Origin: Deltaproteobacteria bacterium
Lineage (GTDB): Bacteria; Desulfobacterota; Binatia; Binatales; Binataceae
DNA: 64,000 nt
Reading direction: 5' to 3'
Assembly (NCBI GenBank): GCA_027317185.1
Contig: DAHVFB010000001.1
Coordinates: 35,954 to 99,953 of the forward strand
Below the pieces are notes generated by a model, which was given only the letters and a program-made list of their open reading frames with translations, ran no database searches and was not told the origin of the DNA. Every line of letters starts with the position of its first letter. Positions within the stretch are counted from its first letter, which is position 1. The translations under genes were made by a program, and so were the position numbers. Below are positions 37,391-46,251 of the stretch, one piece after another.

Positions 37391-38176
37391 TTGATGGCAG
37401 CCGTATTGGATATTCCGTGGACCGGACAAAGCTTCAGTCCCCCGTCGCCACTCGATATCGGAACTATCGAAGCGGCGATCGTGGCGCAGCTCCGTTCCAC
37501 GATAACCACGATCGAGGTGGTCCAATTTCCCGACCGTGCCGAAGCCTACCGCCTGACCCATCGAATCGGCGCGGCGCTGGTGGCTTACCGCGCGTCGAGC
37601 TACGGCGAACTCATCGATACGGCGGCAGTCGTGCAGGCGCGAACGCTCGAATTCGAGGTGCGCCTGATAGTGCGAGATCTCGGCTGGAGCTACGGCGGCC
37701 CCGGATCGGGCGGCGGACCCGGCGCCTATGCATTGCTTGAAGCCGTGCGCGCCGCATTGACCGGCTTTCAAATTCCGGGATGCCGCAAGGCTTATCCGCT
37801 CAAGGAGCGATTCGTCGAGCGCGATACTCGGGGCGGGGTCTGGATTTATTCGATCAGTTTCGCAATCGAGACCGTGGCCATGGAAGTTTCGATCCTCGAC
37901 CAGTTCCCGTTGTTTATCAGCGGAACCACAAACAATGGAAACGGGCAGACGCTTACGTCAGTCGGCGCATTTCAGGGAACCTTCGACACCAGTGGAGTGC
38001 TTCAGTTGCCGGTGGTCAATCTCTCGAACGTAATGGTTTTCGATTCGAGCGGCCGAAGCTACCTCAATGGAACCGACTTCCAGGTCGATCCAGCCAGCGG
38101 CACGCTCACCGTGATCGCCGGCGGCGGACTGGCCGCGGGAGAAACTGTGAGCGTCGCCTGCGGATACCACAGCTAG
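37391..38176 (+). CDS. Mu gp37-like protein (DUF1834) with a C-terminal shared surface domain
   Basis: N-terminus IEAAIVAQL...ALVAYRAS gp37-like. C-terminus VLQLPVVNLSNVMVFDSSGRSYLNGTDFQVDPASGTLTVIAGGGLAAGETV is related to the 35222 and sheath modules. Confidence 0.5.
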   Translation: MMAAVLDIPWTGQSFSPPSPLDIGTIEAAIVAQLRSTITTIEVVQFPDRAEAYRLTHRIGAALVAYRASSYGELIDTAAVVQARTLEFEVRLIVRDLGWSYGGPGSGGGPGAYALLEAVRAALTGFQIPGCRKAYPLKERFVERDTRGGVWIYSISFAIETVAMEVSILDQFPLFISGTTNNGNGQTLTSVGAFQGTFDTSGVLQLPVVNLSNVMVFDSSGRSYLNGTDFQVDPASGTLTVIAGGGLAAGETVSVACGYHS

Positions 38177-38243
38177 TTCAGCCCGGGCGATGCGGCGGCG
38201 GCGCCGATCTTCCGGCGCATAATCCACCACAGGAGTGACATCA

Positions 38244-39746
38244 ATGCCAGCGAGCTTTATGCACGGAGTCGAAGTAACGGAGGTCAACAGCGGCCCGCGG
38301 CCGGTAACCGTCGTCAAATCGGCGGTAATCGGGCTGGTCGGCACCGCCCCGATCTGGAGCATCAGCAATGCCCCCGCGGTCAACACGCCGGTATTGGTAA
38401 GCTCGGCGCCCGACGCGGCGCAATTCGGTCCTTTGATCAAGGGCTATTCCATTCCATATGCCCTGGCCGCTATTCAGTCCCAGGGCGCGGGCCAGGCGAT
38501 CGTCATCAATGTGTTCGATCCCACCATTCACACCAGCGCGATAGCCGCGACGCCGTTCACCTTCAGCACTACCGGCACCAGCGCCGGCACCATCAAGCTT
38601 GGCCACATGGGCGTGTCGCAGGTGGTGGTGACCAGCGATCCGGCGGGCACCACTTATACGCTGGCGAGCGACTACACGCTCGACGCGGTCAATGGCATCG
38701 TCACTTTGGTCGCGGGCGGAAGGATCGCCGCGGGCGCAACGGTACTGGTGTCGTTCGACTATGCCGATCCGACCAAGGTCAGCGATGCCAACGTAATTGG
38801 CGCCTTCGCCAGCGGCGCATATAGCGGTTTGCAGGCGCTGAAGATTACTTACGGCACGATGGGCTTCTTCGCGAGAATTTTGATCGCGCCGGGCTTTTCT
38901 CAGAATCCCGACGTCGCCAGCGCGCTTACCTCGATGGCGGACACGCTGCGCGCGATGGCGCTGGTGGACAGCGCGCCGGGCACCTCCGCCGCGACCGCGA
39001 TCGCCAACCGGAATGTCACCGGCAATGCGTTCGACACCAGCTCGAACCGTGCGATCCTGTGCTACCCACAGGAATTGTTTGTCGACAACGGTATCGATCC
39101 GACCACCGGACTGACGGTCAATGCCAATTCGATCGCGCCGCTGTCGCAGTATGTGGCGGGTGCGATGGCAGCCAAAGACCTAGCTAAGGGTTATTGGTGG
39201 TCGCCGTCCAACACCCAGTTCCAGGGCGCGCTCGGACCCGACGTGCCGCTTTATGCTTCAATCATCGATCCCGCCTCCGACGTCAACAATCTCAACGCCG
39301 AAGGTATTCTTACTGTGTTCAACAGCTTCGGCACCGGCTTGCGGGTATGGGGTAATCGATCGGCCGCCTATCCGACGAGCACCGCACCCGACAACTTCAT
39401 CAGCGTGCGCCGTACGATGGACGTGATCGAGGACTCGGTCGAATTGGCGATGCTGCAGTTCATCGATCAGCCAATATCGAACGCCCTGATCGCGTCGATT
39501 CTGGCGAGCGTCAATGGATTTATCCGAACCTTGATTCAGCGCGGCGCGTTGGTCGGTGGCAGCGCCAGTTACAATCCGGCGGAAAATCCTGCAGCTCAGC
39601 TTTCGGCCGGACAACTCGTATTTGATATCGACGTGATGCCGCCGCCGCCGGCCGAGCGCATCAGCTTCAACGTCACGATCGATACCACCCTGTTGCAGCA
39701 GCTCGGCCAGAGCAACGCCCTGAGCACCGGGACAATCCCGGCCTGA
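38244..39746 (+). CDS. Contractile tail sheath protein (Mu gpL-like) with inserted surface domain
   Basis: MPASFMHGVEVTEV...VIGLVGTAP matches the Mu L N-terminus (YHHGVQVLEIN..IVGMVCTA). C-terminal GLRVWGNRS sheath core. Start ATG 38244 (AGGAG SD). Confidence 0.85.
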   Translation: MPASFMHGVEVTEVNSGPRPVTVVKSAVIGLVGTAPIWSISNAPAVNTPVLVSSAPDAAQFGPLIKGYSIPYALAAIQSQGAGQAIVINVFDPTIHTSAIAATPFTFSTTGTSAGTIKLGHMGVSQVVVTSDPAGTTYTLASDYTLDAVNGIVTLVAGGRIAAGATVLVSFDYADPTKVSDANVIGAFASGAYSGLQALKITYGTMGFFARILIAPGFSQNPDVASALTSMADTLRAMALVDSAPGTSAATAIANRNVTGNAFDTSSNRAILCYPQELFVDNGIDPTTGLTVNANSIAPLSQYVAGAMAAKDLAKGYWWSPSNTQFQGALGPDVPLYASIIDPASDVNNLNAEGILTVFNSFGTGLRVWGNRSAAYPTSTAPDNFISVRRTMDVIEDSVELAMLQFIDQPISNALIASILASVNGFIRTLIQRGALVGGSASYNPAENPAAQLSAGQLVFDIDVMPPPPAERISFNVTIDTTLLQQLGQSNALSTGTIPA

Positions 39747-39768
39747 ATTCCTGATTAAGGAGACCGCG

Positions 39769-40287
39769 ATGGAACTGTCAGTGAACCGGATCACCAACGC
39801 CAACATTTACGTGGACGGCATCGGATTGCTCGGCCGCGCCGAAGAAATTCAGGTCGCCCAGCCTCGCCACCGGATGATCGATCACAAAGGTCTCGGCATG
39901 GCCGGCGTGGCCGAGTTCTGGGCCGGCGTCGACAAGCTCGAGTCGCGCATCAAGTGGTCATCTATTTATCCCGAAGCCCAACTGCTGGTGAACAACCCTT
40001 TCAGCGCTCACTCCTTCCAGGTAATGGGCAGTATCGATCAATACACCAGCCAGGGGCGATCCGCCGAACTGCCGCTGGTCTATCTGATGACCGGGGTGTT
40101 CAAGGATGCCGGCGCGTTCAATTTCAAGCATCAGGAGAACGTCGACGCGCTGTCGCTTATCTCGGTGTATCACACCGAGTTGTACGTCGCGGGCGTGCAG
40201 ATTTTTCTTTATGACGTGATGGCCAATCTTTATGTGGTTGGCGGCGTCGATCAGCTCGCGAGCTTCCGATCGAATCTCGGTGAATAA
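39769..40287 (+). CDS. Tail tube protein (Mu gpM / P2 FII family)
   Basis: NANIYVDGIGLLGRAEEIQV...GMAGVAEF pattern of FII-type tube proteins. Confidence 0.75.
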   Translation: MELSVNRITNANIYVDGIGLLGRAEEIQVAQPRHRMIDHKGLGMAGVAEFWAGVDKLESRIKWSSIYPEAQLLVNNPFSAHSFQVMGSIDQYTSQGRSAELPLVYLMTGVFKDAGAFNFKHQENVDALSLISVYHTELYVAGVQIFLYDVMANLYVVGGVDQLASFRSNLGE

Positions 40288-40305
40288 GGGAACGGACGAA
40301 CCAGC

Positions 40306-40641
40306 ATGGCTTACGAATCGTTAAGCGTGAATGGAGTGCCGGTAAATGCCGACGCACCCGAAGCCAATCGCGTCGTCACGCTGCCCTCGGGACGCAACGC
40401 CGCCATTCGTAAAGGCGCCGGACGCGATCTGCTCAGAGCACAGCGTGCGGCCCAAAGCGGCGAACCGACCGCGATAATTTTCGCGCTTATCGCGGAGCTG
40501 GTGCGCATCGACGGCAAGAACATCGTTTACGAGGACGTACTCGCGATGGATCTGGTCGATGTGCTCGCGCTGCAGGAGGAAGTCGCGGGCGGAAATTTTC
40601 AGGCAGCGGCGTACCCTCCGCCGCCACCATCGCCGGTTTAA
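40306..40641 (+). CDS. Tail assembly chaperone (P2 gpE / Mu gp41-like), short form
   Basis: 111 aa, between tube and tape-measure position. Pro-rich C-terminus. Confidence 0.55.
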   Translation: MAYESLSVNGVPVNADAPEANRVVTLPSGRNAAIRKGAGRDLLRAQRAAQSGEPTAIIFALIAELVRIDGKNIVYEDVLAMDLVDVLALQEEVAGGNFQAAAYPPPPPSPV

Positions 40642-40766
40642 TCCAGTTCGGCTTCAGCTTCTCGGAGCTGACCGCCATGGAACTCGCGGAACTCGCGTTC
40701 TGGTCCGCCACGATCGCCGGCTATCTGCAAGGCGGCGATCGTCCGGAGCGCGGAGGGAACCGCTGA
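40593..40766 (+). other. Programmed -1 frameshift site (A_AAT_TTT at 40593-40599, GC hairpin 40606-40624) and -1-frame extension to 40766 giving the long chaperone form
   Basis: Heptamer in the correct phase. 6-bp GCGGCG/CGCCGC hairpin 6 nt downstream. The -1 frame is open for 56 codons (SGSGVPSAATIAGLIQFGFSFSELTAMELAELAFWSATIAGYLQGGDRPERGGNR*). Confidence 0.5.
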
Positions 40767-40791
40767 GTACGCTCGTAAATATGGAATTGAA

Positions 40792-41076
40792 ATGATCACA
40801 CGCTTGTATATTGGAAACCTGAATTTTGCGATTACCGAGGCCGGGCTGCAGGAGATGGTCGGCCGGATGACCAGCCTGCCACCAGCGCATATCGACCGCG
40901 CCGAGGTCATTCGCGATCGTGATACCGGCCGCTCACGCGGCTTCGGATTTGTCGAGTTGGCCAATTCCGAAGCCGCCCAGCGTGCGATGAGCGAGCTCGA
41001 TGGAATCGAAGTGATGGGCCGAACCCTGAAGGTTCAGATCGCGAAGCCGCGTTCGCCGATGCGCTCGCGTGCTTGA
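40792..41076 (+). CDS. RRM-fold RNA-binding protein (RNP-1 RGFGFVEL, RNP-2 LYIGNL)
   Basis: 94 aa. Canonical RNP-2 (RLYIGNLNF) and RNP-1 (SRGFGFVEL) motifs. Lies inside the tail operon. Confidence 0.7.
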   Translation: MITRLYIGNLNFAITEAGLQEMVGRMTSLPPAHIDRAEVIRDRDTGRSRGFGFVELANSEAAQRAMSELDGIEVMGRTLKVQIAKPRSPMRSRA

Positions 41077-41080
41077 TGGC

Positions 41081-42214
41081 ATGAAACCGCGCGCAAAAAT
41101 TCCCTCGATGATCGAAACCATGCGGACTGTGCATCGCCGGTTGGCAGTGAAGCGATCACTAACCTCCGACTTTTCGATCCGATCGCTTGTGCGCAACAGC
41201 CAGGCGATCGCCGGCGAACATGGCGGCGACTCCGCGAACGAAACAACTGGCGCGCGCGGAAGCGACTCTCGAGTGGAATACGATTCGCGATCGCCTGCTG
41301 AATCAACTTCGCGACCGACGGGACAGCTTCGAATTCGCGATGCGATCACGAGTCAAAGTCCCTGGGGGCCGCTCGCATCGGATCGCCAAACCCGCGCCTC
41401 GGCGCGCCGCGACTATCTGACGAACCGAGAGCCTGATCAGACGCCCTCGCCAAAGCGTCGCAGTCTGACTCAGACGACGGATCGGCGTTACTCTCCATCT
41501 GCTCGCCTTTCAACGGACGGCTTTTCCGGCAGGGCTTATGATCCGAATTCCAAATTCATATCGGTTGGCGGCCGCCCGACGGCGAAACACTCAGCCTCGC
41601 GGCCGGATGGCGGAAACAGCTCGCTTGAGCTAGCGATCGCGAAGGTTACGCGGCTCGGCACACAACTGGATCGATCACACAGTGCGAAGCTCGCCGCGCC
41701 GACCGACTCGCGTCATCGCGCTGCCCCTGCTCGATCGAAATCAACCGCTTCGCCTAAGCGCGCTGAGGGCGCGCGTGATTCCAATCAGCAATTGAACGCA
41801 TCGCCACGAATTCGGTCGCTGTCATCCATAAAAGTGGGCGCATCGAGCGTGTCTCCACCGACCGGCGGCGAAAGCCGGCACGCTTTTACCAGCCTGGGCG
41901 GACTGATCTCAGGCGCCGGCGCTTCGGCGCGCGCTCACAACCATTACGGCAGGCCCGAACGTCTCAGGCCAGATCGCATTTTCAATCCGCCGCTGCCGGC
42001 GAACAGCAAAGGCGCCACGATTTCATCGAAGCCGCGAGCGGCCGCGGCAAGCGATCCCACCGTCGTGATCAATTCTTCGCCAACTATCGTGATCCACGCC
42101 GGGACAGCCGGCGATCTCGAGCGGCAGGTGCTCGAAGCGTTGCGGAACTATCGCAGCGAGCTGTACGACGAATGGCGTCGCGAAGTGGCGCGGCGCGAAA
42201 GAACGGAATTCTAG
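41081..42214 (+). CDS. Ser/Arg/Thr/Pro-rich low-complexity protein occupying the tape-measure gene position
   Basis: 378-codon ORF from ATG 41081 (or GTG 41069), overlapping the RRM stop. Only long ORF in the region. Composition disordered. C-terminal 45 aa more globular (DLERQVLEALRNYRSELYDEWRREVARR). Confidence 0.45.
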   Translation: MKPRAKIPSMIETMRTVHRRLAVKRSLTSDFSIRSLVRNSQAIAGEHGGDSANETTGARGSDSRVEYDSRSPAESTSRPTGQLRIRDAITSQSPWGPLASDRQTRASARRDYLTNREPDQTPSPKRRSLTQTTDRRYSPSARLSTDGFSGRAYDPNSKFISVGGRPTAKHSASRPDGGNSSLELAIAKVTRLGTQLDRSHSAKLAAPTDSRHRAAPARSKSTASPKRAEGARDSNQQLNASPRIRSLSSIKVGASSVSPPTGGESRHAFTSLGGLISGAGASARAHNHYGRPERLRPDRIFNPPLPANSKGATISSKPRAAAASDPTVVINSSPTIVIHAGTAGDLERQVLEALRNYRSELYDEWRREVARRERTEF

Positions 42215-42229
42215 GCGGGAGCACTTATC

Positions 42230-42820
42230 ATGTTTGCGATCTTCGGAGATATCCCATTCGAGGTACTTGGCTCGCCCGAACAGATGGCGGCGACCAACAT
42301 CTACGGATACGCCGAACATCAGGTGGTCGAGGATCAGCCTCGTCTGCAATGGGTGGGAGACGCACTAACCGTTATTGAGCTCGAGTTGATGTTTCACGTT
42401 TCGTTCACCAGTCCGGCTTTGCAACTCGCGGCGCTCGAGTTGGCGGCCTCCGATCATCAGGCGCGCGCGCTGGTGTTCGGCAGCGGAGAGTACGTCGGCT
42501 ATTTCGTGGTGACGCGGCTCACCGTGATTTCGCGATCGCTCGGACCGACCGGCCTTCCGATCGCGATCTTGGCCAGACTCGAACTCAAACAATGGGCGAT
42601 CAATACTGGGCTAAGTGCAAGCTCGCCGTTGGCGCCATTGATCACGCCCATCGCCATCGCCGTAGCCTCCTCCTCGTCAAACACCGCATCAAATAACTCT
42701 CCGGCGATACCGGCCGTGTCAGCGATGCTCATAACTCCCGCTCCATCGGGTCCAGGCAGTTCGCAGATGACGCCCGGCGACGTTCCGACTACCAGAATCG
42801 TAAGAAGCGCCGGAGCCTGA
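42230..42820 (+). CDS. P2 gpU-like tail protein
   Basis: MFAIFGDIPFEV...ALVFGSGEYVGYFVVTRL...LELKQW follows the gpU family pattern. Ser/Pro-rich C-terminal tail. Confidence 0.55.
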   Translation: MFAIFGDIPFEVLGSPEQMAATNIYGYAEHQVVEDQPRLQWVGDALTVIELELMFHVSFTSPALQLAALELAASDHQARALVFGSGEYVGYFVVTRLTVISRSLGPTGLPIAILARLELKQWAINTGLSASSPLAPLITPIAIAVASSSSNTASNNSPAIPAVSAMLITPAPSGPGSSQMTPGDVPTTRIVRSAGA

Positions 42821-42841
42821 TCCGACCTGGAGATAATCTTT

Positions 42842-43072
42842 ATGAGCACTCAGGCGCAGTTTCTCGAACACACAACGATCGCTGGCGAGCGCTGGGATCT
42901 AATTGCCTGGGCCTATTATGGCGACCCCACGCTCTATCTGCCAATCGTGATGGCGAACCCCGGCATACCGATCGAACCGGTCTTCGAAGCCGGCCTGCAG
43001 CTCAAGATTCCAATCATTCAGGTGAGCCCAATCGCCACGGCCGACCTGCCACCATGGAAACGCGCCAGTTGA
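42842..43072 (+). CDS. P2 gpX-like tail protein
   Basis: GERWDLIAWAYYGDPTLYLPIVMANPGIP..GLQLKIP motif of tail protein X. Confidence 0.6.
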   Translation: MSTQAQFLEHTTIAGERWDLIAWAYYGDPTLYLPIVMANPGIPIEPVFEAGLQLKIPIIQVSPIATADLPPWKRAS

Positions 43073-43109
43073 CGCTTAACGCTCCGCCTCCCGTTGAAAG
43101 GATCCTTCG

Positions 43110-44120
43110 ATGAATGCCGCCGTTGCATACCCAGTTCCATCGCCCAACTGGATACTGACTTACACAGGGCAGAATATCACCGCCGATATTTCTTCAATGG
43201 TACTTTCGATTAGCTACATCGATCATCTGTCGAGCCGCGCCGGCGAACTGGAAATCCTGGTCGAAGACAGCAGCCGCCAATGGCAGGGCGCGTGGTATCC
43301 GGCACTCGGCGACGAAGTTAATCTCCTAATCGGTTATCGGAACGCGCCGCTGTTGCCCTGCGGCGATTTCGAAATCGACCAACTGGAACTTGACGGGCCT
43401 CCCGACAGCTTTCGTATGCGCTGCCTATCCGCCTACATCACGCCTGCGATGCGCACCCGCAACACCTTCATCTACGAGAATCAGAGCCTGCTGGCGATTG
43501 CCGCGACAGTCGCACAAAAATACCAACTGCAAGTGGTGGGTATCGCTGACGCGATCAATCCGGTCTTCTCGCGCATCGTGCAGAAGCACGAAAGCGATGT
43601 TGAATTCCTAAATCGAATCGCCAGGGAGCACGACTACGATTTCACCGTACGAGGATCTCAACTGATCTTCTACTTTAGGGCGGCGCTGGCAGCCGAGGTC
43701 CCGCAAATCACGTTGACGCGTAGCGACGTGGAGCGCTTTTCCTTTCAAAATCGTACTCGCCACATTTACAAAGCCGCGCAGCTAAACTATTTCGACCCGG
43801 ACACCCGGCAATTAATTAGCCAATCGGCTGAAGCGGCCGGCATTCCGACCGGCGATACGATTAAGCTGGTGGCGCGCTGCGATAATGGTCAGCAGGCTTT
43901 GCTCAAAGCTCAGGCCGCGCTCGACGAGGCGAACTCGTCTTTTATTCACGCTACTTTTCTGCTGCCGGGCAATACCGCGCTCAGCGCCGGCAACACCGTT
44001 GCGCTTTCGGGTTGGGGATCGTTCGACGGTCGTTATCTCGCGGTCCAGACTGAGCATTTGTTAAACCGCAAAAGTGGCTATACGACAAAGCTTATAATGC
44101 GCCGCGTCATCGCCGACTAG
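43110..44120 (+). CDS. Late control gene D family protein (gpD, baseplate hub)
   Basis: 336 aa, gpD layout. Confidence 0.75.
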   Translation: MNAAVAYPVPSPNWILTYTGQNITADISSMVLSISYIDHLSSRAGELEILVEDSSRQWQGAWYPALGDEVNLLIGYRNAPLLPCGDFEIDQLELDGPPDSFRMRCLSAYITPAMRTRNTFIYENQSLLAIAATVAQKYQLQVVGIADAINPVFSRIVQKHESDVEFLNRIAREHDYDFTVRGSQLIFYFRAALAAEVPQITLTRSDVERFSFQNRTRHIYKAAQLNYFDPDTRQLISQSAEAAGIPTGDTIKLVARCDNGQQALLKAQAALDEANSSFIHATFLLPGNTALSAGNTVALSGWGSFDGRYLAVQTEHLLNRKSGYTTKLIMRRVIAD

Positions 44121-44143
44121 GTATCGATGCGCAGGGAATCAAA

Positions 44144-44608
44144 ATGTACAGACTTGGAATTGTAACCGAGCAGGATTCCACCGGCGCACGCGTGCGGGTG
44201 CGCTTTCCCGATCGCGATCAGATGCAGTCGTACTGGCTGCGAGTGGTAGTGCCGAAGACTCACGCCGACAAGGTTTTTTGGATGCCGGACCTGGGTGAGC
44301 AGGTGGTCTGTGCGATGGATGAATGGGATGAAGCGGGTGCCGTTCTCGGTGCGATTTATTCAAGCGTCGATACCACGCCAGTACAAAGTCCCGACAAATT
44401 CAACCTGACGTTTCTCGACGGCACCGTTATCGAATACGACCGCAGTGCGCACGCCCTTACTATAAATCTATGCGCCGGCGCCTCCGCTGCGCTCAATGCC
44501 CCGGCAGGAATTACCATTTCATCAGGCGCGACTAAGGTCACGATCGGACCGAGCGGCGTTTCGATCGTTCCGCCGCTGCCGATCACCTCGACGGTTGCGC
44601 AGACCTGA
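44144..44608 (+). CDS. Baseplate assembly protein V (spike)
   Basis: GIVTEQDSTGARVRVRFPDRD...SYWLRV OB-fold N-terminus of gpV. Confidence 0.75.
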   Translation: MYRLGIVTEQDSTGARVRVRFPDRDQMQSYWLRVVVPKTHADKVFWMPDLGEQVVCAMDEWDEAGAVLGAIYSSVDTTPVQSPDKFNLTFLDGTVIEYDRSAHALTINLCAGASAALNAPAGITISSGATKVTIGPSGVSIVPPLPITSTVAQT

Positions 44609-44625
44609 GTACCTGGAGAGATAAC

Positions 44626-45021
44626 ATGGCGGCTACTTTGGCGAACATTACTTCGGTTGACTGGTCACTCAAGCTCGGCGCGATCGGTGAGGTGGTACAG
44701 GGCCTCGCGGATGTCGATCAGTGCATACAGATAATTCTGACTACTCCGAAAGGATCCGATCCGTTGCGTCCCACCTTCGGCAGCGATCTCTGGCGATATA
44801 TCGACTATCCGATCGACGTTGCGATTCCATCGGCGGTCCGCGAAGTAACGCAGGCAATCACCCTGTGGGAACCGCGAGTCAAGTTGGTGTCGGTCACCAC
44901 GTTGCCGGGAGAAACCGCGGGCCATTTGTCGGTCACCGTCATCTGGCGGTTGCAGCTTGGTTCGGCCGCATCGCAGACCCGCACCACCTCCGTCCAGCTT
45001 CCCGGTATCAGCCAGCCCTGA
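44626..45021 (+). CDS. Baseplate protein W (gp25-like)
   Basis: ILTTPKGSDPLRPTFGSDLW motif of the GPW/gp25 family. Confidence 0.75.
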   Translation: MAATLANITSVDWSLKLGAIGEVVQGLADVDQCIQIILTTPKGSDPLRPTFGSDLWRYIDYPIDVAIPSAVREVTQAITLWEPRVKLVSVTTLPGETAGHLSVTVIWRLQLGSAASQTRTTSVQLPGISQP

Positions 45022-45060
45022 CCGCGAAAGGTCGATCAAATCCTTGTTGAGGTAAAGTGA

Positions 45061-46248
45061 ATGGCCGCTGGTGTTCCAAATCTTCCCGCTCCGCTGTTCG
45101 TCAACGACAGCGATGGGCTAGACCCGAACCTTATCCTCGCCGACATGATCGCGGCTTTCGAAGCCGCCGCCGCGCGCACGCTGCAGCCGGCGCAAGTCGA
45201 GCGCCTGCTGATCAACCTGTATGCGTATCGCGAATCTCTGGTGCGCGACGCGATCCAATATGCCGGGCAGCAAAACCTGCTCGCCTTCGCCAGTTTTCCG
45301 ATGATCGATTACCTGGGAGCGCTGCTTGGCGTAACAAGATTGGGAGCCGTCGGCGCCAGCGTCACGTTGCAGTTCACCTTAGTTAATCCGCTGAGCGTCC
45401 AATACACAATTTTCGCCGGCACACTGGTCGGAACCAATGACGGTCAGATCTCATTTGCGACCGACAGCGAACTGATTATTCCAGCGGGGAGTACGCAGGG
45501 AAGCGTCAGCGCGACCGCCACCACCGCGGGAACATCCGGCAATGGCTATCTGGCCGGACAGGTAAATGTATTACTCAATCCGAGCGCCCAGATCGCCAGC
45601 GTTACCAATACCGATGTCAGCAGCGGCGGCTCGGCGCCCGAGACCGACGATCACTACCGGACCCGTATCCAGGCCGCGCCGAACCAGTTTTCAGTCGCCG
45701 GTCCTTCCTCCGCCTATCGTTTTTTCGCCCTGGGGGCGGACCCTTCGATAATCGACGTCCAGGTTTTGAGTTCGGCGCCGGGCACGGTGGATGTTTATGT
45801 ATTGACCGGACCGGTCAGCGTGCAACCCGCGGCGGGTCCGAATCCGGGCGGTGTCGCGAGTGCTTCGCTGCTGCAGAAAGTGCAGGCGATTCTTTCGGCG
45901 GATAGCGTTCGGCCATTGACCGATACCGTGAACGTTAACCCCGTCACCGAAGTGGACTATCAGATAGCCGCCACGATTTCGCTATATACCGATGCCGATC
46001 CAGCGGCCACCATGGCGGCGGCGAATGCCGCGGCGGTGCAGTTTGCATTGAATCAGGCAGGCAGAATCGGGCGCGATGTCGTCGCCAGCCAGATCGTCAG
46101 CGCGCTTTCCGTGCCGGGCGTTTACCAGGTCAGCGTAACCGCACCGGTCGCCGGACAGGGGGTGCTCTCGATGTCCTCGGCACCGGGACTGTGGGCGAAC
46201 TGCACGGCGATTTCACTTACCCAGGCGACCAGCGCGGAGCATAGCTGA
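45061..46248 (+). CDS. Baseplate protein J
   Basis: 395 aa, Baseplate_J-like. Confidence 0.75.
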   Translation: MAAGVPNLPAPLFVNDSDGLDPNLILADMIAAFEAAAARTLQPAQVERLLINLYAYRESLVRDAIQYAGQQNLLAFASFPMIDYLGALLGVTRLGAVGASVTLQFTLVNPLSVQYTIFAGTLVGTNDGQISFATDSELIIPAGSTQGSVSATATTAGTSGNGYLAGQVNVLLNPSAQIASVTNTDVSSGGSAPETDDHYRTRIQAAPNQFSVAGPSSAYRFFALGADPSIIDVQVLSSAPGTVDVYVLTGPVSVQPAAGPNPGGVASASLLQKVQAILSADSVRPLTDTVNVNPVTEVDYQIAATISLYTDADPAATMAAANAAAVQFALNQAGRIGRDVVASQIVSALSVPGVYQVSVTAPVAGQGVLSMSSAPGLWANCTAISLTQATSAEHS

Positions 46249-46251
46249 GCG

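Noticed and set aside
41187-41420. Alternative-frame ORF (77 aa) inside the S/R-rich gene
   Set aside because: Short and embedded. The 378-codon frame is the only statistically unusual open frame. Kept as a caveat that the locus could be misread if a sequencing frameshift exists.
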